This document shows positions 11,046-22,870 of a stretch of DNA of 64,000 nucleotides, piece by piece. The stretch lies in NCBI GenBank assembly GCA_000934665.2, contig KZ538087.1, positions 1 through 64,000 of the forward strand, read 5' to 3'. Numbering within the stretch: position 1 is the first letter of the stretch; the number at the start of each line of letters is the position of its first letter. Both the position numbers and the translations under genes were made by a program. A model generated the notes under the pieces. It did no database searches, was not told the origin of the DNA, and saw nothing but the letters and a program-made list of their open reading frames with translations. This DNA comes from Catajapyx aquilonaris (Eukaryota).

Positions 11046-12082
11046 CATCTTGTCGGTTAGTCAGGCTTGGAAACAAGGTCTTTATTCACAACAGGGCTTG
11101 TAATTAGGAAAAACATTTTCCGTGTGTCCAAATAATACAAAAAGCGATTGTAGAATAAAAATTGTAGAATTAAAATCAATAGCGTGATTTTATTATCCAC
11201 AAGTATACATTAGTAACTCAGGCAGAACTCAGGTCTTGTAATAAATAAGATAGCTATTTTCCCGTATAGCCAGTTATCTGCGGCTCTTTTTCCTAACGCT
11301 ATACGTGATTTCCGGCCCTCCCTCTTCCGGCGGCAATCTTTTCTTTTGTTCTTTCTTTAGAAGACAAGAGTCGTCTCTTTTTCGAGGATTCCCACTCTCC
11401 ATCTCCTCACGTCTTGGCCTGGACACTGGACTAGAGACGACTGTGGGGGAAAGGCGTACGGTAGTTGCCCCTTCATGTGCTGTTGAACGAGGCGTGTGCC
11501 CCTGTCCAGTGGTGGCGTGAGAGGGCAAGAAACTAGAATCAACTGGACTAAATCGACTGATACACAGACTGACTGGTAATGATAATCAGAAGCTTGGAGA
11601 GGTGTATTCCAAATCAAAAGGTTCACTAGCATTAGCACGAGATCACATTCATAAGAGTGTTAATGAACGGCAGAAGTTAAAATTTTGTGGATGCTTGGCA
11701 AGGTTACAATAGTATTTGGGGGAGGGGGGGAGGGGGAGGGGAAGGGGGGGGGAGGGAATTGTCTTCTCTAGTGGGCAGAATCTGTAAAAGGAGCAGAAGC
11801 TATTGGTCTGATACTTCCTTATTGTTATTGTGATAGTATAAGCCAGCAAATAATGGAAAAGGCCTCATTAATGGACTCATTTTTGCATTGGAAAATTTTC
11901 CTTGTTAGGCTGCTGGCATAATGTAAAATCTGTGTAAAATATACCAATTCAGATAAACATCTAAAATTTAATTCTCTGCCGAACTCTTACATGACATTTT
12001 ATCTTTTATTATGATTTTTTATTTTTTACTGATCATTGAACATTGTATTACTGACATATGTGCACGTGTTGCCATTTTTACA

Positions 12083-12550
12083 GATACTTGGACACCCACC
12101 AATTGGAACAATAAGCATCTGGCAGACTGGATGGAGAAGTAAGAGATTACCTTCCCTGAGAAGGAACTTGAAGAACCTCGTTGCACTGGCCATGATCCAC
12201 AAGGAGTCGTACATGGTGTATGCAGTGGCTAAGTGTCTGAGGAATGATCTCCATGAAGTAGTTCGACTTTCACTCTACTGTAATGTACTACTGCCACTTC
12301 CACCAGATCGAGTGGGAGTGGTCAAATGCCGAGAAGTACTCTCAAGACCATATGGATAAAAAGGTTTGGGGGAGGCAGTTTGGAGGGTGTGAGCTGAAGG
12401 TTTGACTAGAGCAACTTTCGTGGTGTGGTCCAACTATGTTTGACATGTGCCTTAGCTCTTGGACAAATGCTGGGATCAGTGGGATGCAGGAGTTTCTATA
12501 GACACCAGAGTCAAGCATTTGATTATTCACCTTGGTGAGGATGACTGTGA
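12083..12550 (+). pseudogene. Decayed IS630/Tc1-family (DDE_3-type) transposase, C-terminal part
   Basis: Across frameshifts: PTNWNNKHLADWMEK*EITFP / LVALAMIHKESYMVYAVAKCLRNDLHEVVRLSLY / YCHFHQIEWEWSNAEKY ... LIIHLGEDD. This matches the HEVLRLPPYHCELNPIELIW pattern. Confidence 0.65.
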
Positions 12551-13983
12551 TGGAAAGGAGCGGACTCAGATGATTATTAGTGCAGAAGACGAGGCAGGCA
12601 AGTGGAATATGACCATCTCACCATCTGTCAGATGAAGCCAGTGGTGAAGTTGGGATGGGTGACTCTGTGGAAACAGCTGATGTGGATATATTATACTTGA
12701 TGACCGTGAGTTGGACATAAAATTATTTAATTTTGCCACTAATACGTATACATGTCTGATCCTACACTTACCGTATTAATGTATTGTGGAATACTTTTGG
12801 TGCATATACACAGTATTGTGAATCGCATATTTCCTTTCAAATTAGAATGGAATCTGGGTCGCTCCCAATCAGAGTGCAATTGAGAGCTTGGATTTATTAT
12901 TCCATTCGGCCTAATATTAGTTTCTAATATTTTAATAGCCACTCAAAGTAACCTTCAAGAGTAACTGATTAAAGCAGGTTAGTGCCGAAAGATAGCTAAG
13001 AACTCCGTACATTCAACTGGATCACCTGTATACTCAGCAGTCAGCAGTGATAACTCTATTTATTTCAGTTGGAAAGTACGGTAGGCCTATTAGATAATAT
13101 TATTTTTATTTAGGTCAGCCTATCCCAACCTTTTTTTTCGGGTGTATCACTTCTCGTGATCGAATAAGTGTACCACCAATACCATGGAAAATAATGTTGT
13201 AAAGACGGAATCGTATTGTGAAACACAATGCAGCTCCCGACGGAAAAGTTGAGCAGCGCTCTATCCGCTTTCTGCCCGCTTTTAGGGGTTGGTTCAAGAC
13301 TTTGAATGGATAGAAAACCTTGACATTTGATAGTGGCCTTTATCCACCCTTCTCGTGTACTAATGTACAACATCTCGCGTGCCACCGCACCGGTTGAAAG
13401 CTTTAGGCCTATGGTCGATTTTATTTAAAGTGATTGTCACATGTAATTTTTCGAAATGGATAGGAAGTTGCCGTACTTATTCATTAGGAGGCTTGGAACA
13501 AGGGTGTTCAAGGTTAGCGATGGAGAAGGCTACTAACGGTTTTTTTAAATACTTAAGAGGAGAAACTAAACCCATGAGATATAATAACTGGTTTATAGGT
13601 GTGATATTGGGTACTGTACTGCAGGGTAACCTCCATGAGTGCCTCCCCCACCTAGAGAGGGTATTGTCTCTCCGACATATTGGACCTAAATCAGATTGGA
13701 TCTGCATGCAGTGAAAAAATGTCCTTGGAAAAAAAAATTGACGCTTGCCAATTTCCTATCCTCCAGCATGCAATCTAGATCCAATATGGACGCCCCATAA
13801 GGACTACGTGGAGCCAATACCCTGGTTAGGGTGGGGGAGGCAACCATGTAGGGGACCCTGCTGTACAGTAGCGTCTTGCTACCTACAGTATATCTCCTGG
13901 CGTTACTGTAGGAACTTTTGATCTTTCCATGACCAGTCGTCGCCAGCATTTTGATCATAATATTACATTCAATACTAGTTTAC

Positions 13984-14104
13984 TCAAGGGGGTAACAATA
14001 CTTGGTAGAACTGGTGCACAGGGTTCCTGTGGAACAAGCCTGGAACCGGGTGGAACCAGCTTGGAACTGGTGTACACTTCTTTGGGGAGTTGTTACCCCC
14101 TTGA
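13984..14104. mobile_element. Small MITE-like element with perfect 15-bp TIRs
   Basis: TCAAGGGGGTAACAA ... TTGTTACCCCCTTGA with internal TGGAAC repeats; no clear TSD. Confidence 0.6.
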
Positions 14105-17100
14105 TCTGATGGATCTGAGACATCTTTATGAAAAAAATTGTTACTATCATCAATGAGTTAACGAAGAAACGCAGAGTAAATCAGAGAGAAAATTACAACT
14201 GAAGCTGCTGTATACAGTACGGTATATTAGGTTCAAAAAGGCATAATAAATCCTTCATTATGAAGACTTTATATGGGCAAAGGTTGCTTAGCTTAATTAT
14301 CAGCTGTGAAAATAGATAGAGGCACTTCACGTCCCTCCATGATGCACGATCTACGTCATAAATTGCGAAATTTCTTGATAACGACGTCGTACATTATGAT
14401 AATTGGCCCTGGATGGATTGGAATCGCAAAAGATGAAGTGGGGCTCCAAATATGTAAGTTACTCTCTGGGCCTAAAAAGTTTGGATGGATGGGTATAATT
14501 TCCATGGAAAGGGAAGTGTCAAGCCAGGACGGTCCGAGTTCAATTCGTGTGCCCTTTCGATATTAAAATGGTGTGAATAAATCAGGCCACAATCTCTCGG
14601 GTCACAAGTACGCCATTATTCACCGGTATATGACTGCAGGAAGATTCGAACCCTCCGATCGTAATAATAATAGGACTACGTCCCCCTGGCAAGTGGCTGC
14701 AAAGTTGTTTGTGAATCAGGAACAGATCGATTCTTGATATTTTTTCTGGGGGACCTACATAAGTGATGGGGGAACGCTAAAAACGTAATACAGGAAATGG
14801 AGGAACATTTATCAAGATTTCCGTTTTCTTTTCCTTTTTTGCTAGGTCCTAATCCACTTTGTTATGACACTTGGCTCCAAATAGTTTCGCTTCGGGATCA
14901 AAGCAAGCATCATTTGATCATTAATGGAAATTACATTGATGAAAGTCACTCTTTATATCTGAAACTAGGATATTCAAGGCACAATTGGACGATAAATCAA
15001 TGCAGCAAAGCAATGATTAGAAAATCAGTAACAAATATGTTTGCAGCAAGGTGAAGTTTGACAACTTCATTCCACTGCACTGGCCTATTTGGCATTGTTG
15101 TAGAGCGTGAGTCTGTTCCTGGCTGCTGGGATACAGTGTGGATCAGATGGGGCTTGGTAGGGTTAATCCAGTCACTGCTCTGAGGTACTCCTTCCTCCGG
15201 CTTAATAGAGGCTGTGCAAAGGACTTGGTATTTAACTTAACGTCAAAGTTTCTGTCGGAGAATACCTTCGAATAACTTCCCCCGCCACCGCCACTTCCCT
15301 CACTTCGTTAACTTTTCTCTCTATTAATTTTTTTGACCTGCAATAGTTGTGCACGATGCACAGTATTTAAGCATGGAAAGAAGCTCTAAGTGAAAAAATA
15401 ATTAAATTCTAGATGCCCTTGGCTTCTATTTTCAATGCGTTTTTTTCCCAGAATGGCACATAAAATGATGAATTATAATTTGTGTGTAACCACTTTTGGT
15501 ATATTCTTTATTCAGACCTTGTTTGGCATGATACAAGGTAAGTATACATGTTAATTTTCATCTGGAACCATACCATAGTTAAAAAGTTATTGAGGAATGT
15601 TTGGGTTTCCATTCGAGAGAATCACCCTGTACATAGCACATATTTAAATACATAAAAATATTTAATTGAAATTTCGGATAGGTGAATGAAGTGAATGTTG
15701 TTTCATGCAGAAAAGTGCACAAATAAATGCATCTGAGTGAATAATTATTATTCAAATGGAGTATTATAGCTACAAAATTATAATAACACATTATTTTCAA
15801 TGTTACACATGTGCACAAATACTTCCACACATGTGGGCAAATGGCATAATTTTTCAACTTTGAATGTACCTAATTGTCGTTCACAAGTATCGGGGTCACT
15901 GAATCAATATTTCTACATAATTGAATGGGAATTAAATAACATTTCTGATTCACACTGAATTCCTAACCTCGGAGATTTTTTGTTGAATCGTAATCATTAA
16001 TAAGGTAATATTTAACGACGTAATTTAAATTTTTTATGGCATAACTAACCTCCAGCATTCAGAAACAAAGGAGTCAATATATGACGCTAATGTCCCTAGA
16101 TAATACCATTCAACCTTGCGAAAATGATGTAACTAATAGGTTGAAACCATCACGCATAGTGATAAATTTTGTTAATTGACGTACAATACTTTTCCACATA
16201 AAATTACTATTCCGGTCTAAAAATTATGAAGCTAAATCAGTAATGTTTCCATTTCTAATTAGCACTAAAAATAGTAAAAGCCTACATTTAGATTTCAAGT
16301 ATCAAACTTCATTCACACCGGTGTTATTGCCGTAATTACATCCCTACTAAATTAGCTGTGATATTCCAAAGCATTTCACTAGGCATATACTAAGGCCGTA
16401 AACAAGATTTCATTTGGGGGGGGGGACTTTTTCTGTTAGCTCTCTTCCCCTATACAACCCTCCCCCTCGCTTAGTTTAAAATGCCATGAATAAGGTAGGC
16501 TAATATCGGTGGGTTTGGGGCTCTCCCTCATACTTTTCTTCTGCAATTAACAGCACCAATATGAATTTTGGAACAGAGTTGGAGAAGTTTGGGAATTACG
16601 TCCTCATATGTTAATAATAGCTTATTGTAGAGTTTCTTGCTATAGCCAAGAGGTTAGCGACTGAGGACTCTCATATGACCATGTTTCGGCGAGTCAGTTT
16701 TCCTTTTCTGACCTTAGCAGGCCAACTGATATGCTACATAAATATCGACATGGAACTTGATTGCCCTATATATATATATGCTTTCCACTTTTTCATGAGA
16801 AACCTGGACGAATTGTCAGCACAAAAAGCGACTTAAGAGGCCAGTTTCGACCGATGTCAATATAACGTGAGCCATATATAGAGTATGGGGAACTAAGCTG
16901 GGAGCTTTTTTGTGTATTCTCACCACGGCTTCGTTCTGCAGCTTTGCCATCGAGAAAGATTTCCCCTACTTTTCCTATATTTGAAGGGGAGTCGCTCTTT
17001 TCAAAAACGGTTTGCGCTGCCTGAAAGTGGGGGTAGGGGAATCCACATGCTAGGGAATACCATAGTCAGATTTGGTGCTTTACATGTGTTTACAATATTT

Positions 17101-17787
17101 ATTGGGTGTTACTGTCTTTGAAATATTTGAGTGCATACGTGCAAAAAATGTTTGATAAGTATTTCATTCAATATTATTATACTGTCTATATGGGAGGGCT
17201 CAACACTGCGGGTTTTGAATGGTATGAAGTTTTCAAACATTGCGCAACCAAAATCACATTGATGATACATTCACACTTTTTTTTTCTTTCATTTTGTATG
17301 AGTGAGGGGTTGGATTATCCCACGCTCGAATTTCAGAATTATCAATATTCCGTCCGGCATATTCCAAACCCCTCCCCATACTATGCCTACCACGACCACA
17401 TCCACCCATCCTCCCCACATCCACACTCCCCCCCCCTCCCACCCTCTTCTCCCTTTTGTGAATGTCTGCTGATGATTTCCAGCGTGACCCCTTTCCATTT
17501 CCATGGAGCCAGATTTATGGAAAATATTTGCTGCATGAGAGGTATCCTATTTCATCGGGAGTATAGCTGCATGAAGAGCGTCTGGCAACGAAAAAAAAAA
17601 AAATCAAAGTTTGAGCACCACACAGAGGAGAAGGGAAAGACCAACTATGAATGATTCATGCTTGACTTTTACACATCGTCTCCCATGCCCTCCTTCCGAG
17701 TTGCGCTAGTCAAAATGGACGTTTTTTCCCGCGTCCATTTCCTGGAGATTGAAGGGGAGTTTCTTCTCCTCGGCTCTTTTCTTCTTT

Positions 17788-17814
17788 TTCTTCTTCTTCT
17801 TCTTCTTCTTCTTC
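17788..17814. repeat. (TTC)n microsatellite
   Basis: About 9 TTC units. Confidence 0.9.
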
Positions 17815-20800
17815 GTTTTTTTTGTACCTCAGGGGTCTCTCCTCCGGCATGATTTCTCAATAACAGGGGCGCGTCAGCGTTTTGTTTGATGGCCGTTCCT
17901 TCTTCCCCTTCACCTCTTGCGCTTTTTACAGCTGCCCATGGCGGTAATGAAATCCACGCAGCTGCGATCTCCTCGCCGATTCCGGGGCAAAAATATCCGA
18001 TATGAAGCATCCCCTGCACCAATCACAATTCCAAACGGACACTTCCTTTCCCTTGTCCCTTCCTTCCGCCCATCCCTTCCGTTTCTTCCTATCTGTCCAC
18101 TTGTCAAACAGAAAATATCTCGGACACGAAGCTCTGAAATGGAGCCAGGCCTTTCTGGACTAGGCACCACGTGTAGGTAACTTCAGCAACATATTTTGCA
18201 AACCGATTTTATTTTTTAAAATGAATAATTATAATATTTTCTGCAACATTTTGCACGTTTGTTCATACACTTTCAGATGAGTAGATAATGATTATGAAAA
18301 CAACATCTGAGGGTTAACCGACACTGCTATTTTAGTTGAGGGAGATGACGGCAGCAGGTTCGCTTTTGAAATGCGGTCCGATCGCACTCGGTGGGGCAGC
18401 CGTGTTTAATTGCGTCGAAATCGTCACTCGGGGGTTCCAAATTTATGCGCGGTTCATGTCGTGTTGGTGGTGCAAAAAAAAATGTACTCTAATGAGAAAC
18501 GCTGGTGCCACGGAAGCGGTGATGTCCCCTCCTCTTTTATGCAGCATCCCCTGAGTGTGTGCCCTTTCCGCAATGAGCACGGATCCATTAGACATTCCTC
18601 GTGTTTGTATCCTCAAGGTAAACACGCGGCTTTCCTTCTATTTTCAGCGCAAACCTGCGGGTTGACTGCTCCAGTTTGCATAGAGACCGACGTTTTCTTG
18701 CCTACCCCGGTTTGATCCGCGGCTTTTATACGCCTTCCTCTGTGCTGCAGTGGCTTCATATACAGTATGTCACTGTTAACTACCAAACGACTCTGTGGGT
18801 ATCGGCATGTGCACTGCATTTTTAGTTACAGGTAGAGTATGTAGTGCACTTGCAGTTACGTGCGAAGAATATTCGGGCGCAGTTGAAAACCCTGAAGGAC
18901 CAATTTGACCTAACTTATCCTTGTTATCGGTAGTGTTGTCTGAAAGCGGATCCGGGAAGAAGTCAAGGTCTCTGGGGGTGGGTGGTCCTTTTGGAGAGGC
19001 ATTGATCGGGTGTAGCCCCCAGCAGCGGTCACAAGTGTATTAGCTTACCGTCTTTCGGACTACCAGAGTGGCCCCAGGTGCCTCTTGTGCCAACCGCTGC
19101 TCAGCAAATCAGTCGATACCCCCTATACCCCTAACCACACTTCCCTTCCAATATTGGAGTGCCTATAGTGTGGACAGATTACCTACAAGCTGGGATAACC
19201 TCACCTAAAGTTTTGGGGATGTTGCCAGGACTAGTGCGTCTACTTTGTGGATGGATTGAATAGTGCTGCTGTTAAGTATACTCCAACTTATAACTGCCGT
19301 AGTATAGCACTTTTTACGCCACACAAATGCAGGGAATTTGTATAGAAAACTGTGTGAAATCCCAATTAAGCAACAAGTGTTCCGTGGGCCATAATGTATG
19401 GGCACATTTGTTTCAACCGGAGCAATTAGCCTATGCGAAATTCCCCACATGCTTGCACCATGTATTAGAAAGTGCAGCGTGCGAATCGCCATGCATAACT
19501 TGATCTCCACCTCAGTTGCGTGCGTGACGGCGATAATTTTCAACAATTATTAGGGGCGGGAGGAATTGGGAGGGTGGGGGGTGTAAAGAGGGAGGAGGAA
19601 ACCTGAATGAAACCAATTGAATCGGAGTAATCTACATATGACGCCACGTAAATTTCATGTTAGCCGGGGGGGAAAACAGTTACAGGGAAATAGTCCCTTC
19701 ATCAAATGAATAGCTTTGGAAAATGGGGAGGAAAGCAATGCAAAGGCGAATTCTCTTATTCGGATGGCACCGTTTTATCCCCAGTCCACTTGTAAAAGGA
19801 CGGTAGTGCATTTTGTATCATAAACTGTCGGAAGATGACTTCAACGGCAGTTGTAAAACATCCTTTTTTTGTCAAGTGCAATAACACTGAGCGGGTTCGT
19901 TTCGTTAAGCTTTTGTAAAATTGTCCTCTGATAGCCTCTTTGAATTTGCTTTTCCTCAGCCCGAGGATTGTTGATTTTTCAGCAATTAATATTGGAAAGA
20001 GGTGAACGAGAGGAATGTAAGGGGGGAATCGAAGACAATGAATTTATGTTATCAAGCAAATGTTGGCAGTGAAGTGGTTTGGAGAGCACTGATTGCCAAT
20101 CTTATGAAAATTACACGGGTTCCCTTTGGAACAGGGCAAGCAGAAAGGCATTCACTCAGCACGACTGGAAAGTTTTGAGAAGAGATGAGGTTTCGTCAAT
20201 TTAATGACTCGGGAGAGTACTTTGCAAGAGTGATGAAAACTTCCAAATACCGCACAATGCATTTTTAATGCTCACGAGGAAGCCATGGAAAATAAGGTAC
20301 ATATGAATTTCAATTAAGGCCAACCTGCTGCTTAGAAACGTATAATTATGTTCTCAGTCGCAAACAACAGAAATTCGGGAAAGTAATATGCAGCCTGTAC
20401 ATGCTTGTATACAATATTGAAATAAGTGAGCAGAAAACCAGAAATAATCGAATTAATCGACTAATGCGCAAATTGCCGAGAGTGATTATTATTAACTCTG
20501 AACGGTCAAATAAACATTGATTATGTGTGACATTGTTGGCAATTATTGCACGCTGTTTTGAATCGTGGAAATGGCATAGCATTTAAATACTATTTTCGTG
20601 CCGGTGTTTAATGGATGAATTATCCCCTTGCTGTTAGCATAACAAAAGCGGTTAATTGTACACCTACGTAAGTGTTTGATCCCGTTTTGTCGCACATGCC
20701 ACATTACGCAGGTCAGGAGCGAGGTCACAGACCATTACAAGCGCAAGCACTACCCCTTCAAATCACAACAGCAGGCTCTGCACTTTTTTCCTCCCTAAAT

Positions 20801-22599
20801 ATTGCATAGTAAGTTCTCATAATAGTCCTATATGCAGCGAGGATGCCTCGCTGGGAAAATGTCTTGAAAGGAGTCTAATCTGGAGGACGATAACACCTTC
20901 CCATCCGACTTCCATTTTGTGCCCCCCCCNCCCCCCCCCCTCCTCTAGATGCACGCGTGTCGTACTGGAGCAGCAGGAGCCAGGTCCTTATATCCGCGCT
21001 CCATTTGACCCGTCCTCATTTGAAACAGGCTGTTGCTTAGCAAAGGGACCCAAGGGAGGACACGGGGGCAGGGGAGGAGGAACAAGTTTCTTCAGACTGA
21101 TTCTTTCTTCCAGGGGTGCAGTAGGGAAGAATGAGGATGACGTTGATGAGAGAGACTACACGATTTGATTATCCTCTTTTTGGCCCGCCTGATCCGGACC
21201 CATTTGTTGGAACAGGAATTAAGGTAAGGGGATCCATTATTTGCCCGAGCCGGAAAACCTGAAGTCTCCCAAGTGCTCTCACAAGTCAGACACGTTCGGA
21301 GGGCTCCGTGCTCATACCGCTTTTGCGATGCACCAAATGCATACCAAATAAGTGCCTAATACACAGTATCAAAACATCCTTGCGGTTCGCAACAAAAAAA
21401 AAGTATATTGCAAAATTTTAGGTAGGCGATGGTTTCGCAGTGGAAAGCAAAAGATACATTTACCCACCGAAATGTCCACAGAGCCACTGATGGCAGTTGC
21501 GTTCCATCACATAGATAGGCTGTAATTATAACAATAACAAAATGATTCGCTTCGCTGTGCAAAGTTGTTCCAGCGCATCGGGTTTGATCGTGTGAACGTG
21601 GGCCTGGGTTCAGGAGTATATAAAACAATGATTCTAGAGCACACTGCCGCGTCATGTTTGCTGCCGACCACACAACGGTGTTTGATAAAGCGCTTCCAGG
21701 GGCGCAAGAAACATCCGCGAGTAATGAAGTAATTATAACATTTTGGCAGTTGATGTCATAAACCTCCATTATTGGTGACACTGACATGAAAGACCGGATA
21801 CTAACCCAGGTTGTGAGGGGCAGGGAAAAGCCGTGTTACTCATTGAAACTGGTTTGACACTAGGGACCATGTAGTACCTCTAGTGAGTATGGAAGAAACT
21901 AACCCCTCCTTTACAAAACGTCAGAATTTATTTATTTATTTACCCCCTGAAGGTTGAATTGCCATTTGGGGACCATTCCAAAAATGACTTGACATAAGTG
22001 GTGAAGGAACATCCGAGATTCTACGCCACTCTTAGAGAATGGGTTCAGACGACGCCAATCCAGGGAAGAATGTATGAGGGAAAAACGTTCCCCCCTATAG
22101 CTTCCCCTATTGACTAACTAGGAATATAATTGCGAGCCGGGGAATTGAATGAAGATGATGCACTTAATCACGAGCGGGCCCAGCTATTTTGATATGCACG
22201 GCAAGAAACAAAGATTGTGAAGTGGATGGTTCGCTGAAGTTTCACTCAAGGGACTTGGGGAAATCCACGGAGACTGGTGGGGAGGGAATTTTATTACCAA
22301 CTTTGTGATTGAGGCGTATCAACTTTTATTTTTTTGCAAGGGGAAGGGGGGAAAAAACGGAACGAGAAGAGTTTCTCTGATAATAAAAAAACGGGGAAAG
22401 ATCTGTTGTGTCAATTATCATTTCTTGCTTCCCCGACGTTGGGGAGGAACAAACAGCTTGACAAATTGCTAATTGTGCTAGCGGAGAAATCTCCGGAGTC
22501 TCTTTTCCCCCCCGCTGTGCCATGGCCAGAATTTACATGACATACACGCGTCATCTAGTCTCGTTTTCTCCACCTATGCGGACGTGACATGGGTGTTGC

Positions 22600-22870
22600 A
22601 GGGCGACCGGGTTACCTGAAGCAAATTAGACTTAACTCCTCTAACCCAATTGCTCTCATTACGTATGTGCGGCGATGCGCTCCACGCACTGTATTCAATT
22701 ACAGGCGCTGGGCAAATTCTTTGGGGGATGTAGATGCGTGTCCTCACTCTGCAGGGGTCAGTAATGCAATTGACAAGTTCATGAGAGGTACATGTCGTGG
22801 GAGCAGGACAAATGATTGGGAATGTTGCGCCAAACTGGATGTAAGCACTGTTCAACCGTGACCAATATCG
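22600..22870 (-). mobile_element. Ancient non-LTR retrotransposon (CR1/L2/Jockey-like) ORF2 fragment, post-RT region
   Basis: PVIEYSAWSASPHIRNESNWVRGVKSNLLQ resembles the conserved RPxLEYAxxVWSPHxxxxIxxLExVQ segment. Confidence 0.45.

Larger units (their letters stand above)
10473..11987. repeat. Duplicated block, copy 2 (immediately upstream of the CNOT2-like gene)
   Basis: Colinear with 293-2435. Confidence 0.95.

Noticed and set aside
13480..13930. Possible LINE 3' relic on minus (KTLLYSRV...SPY)
   Set aside because: Similarity too weak to support without a search
17106..18180. Several 60-182-aa ORFs including an Arg-rich one
   Set aside because: Products of homopolymers and the TTC microsatellite; no domain
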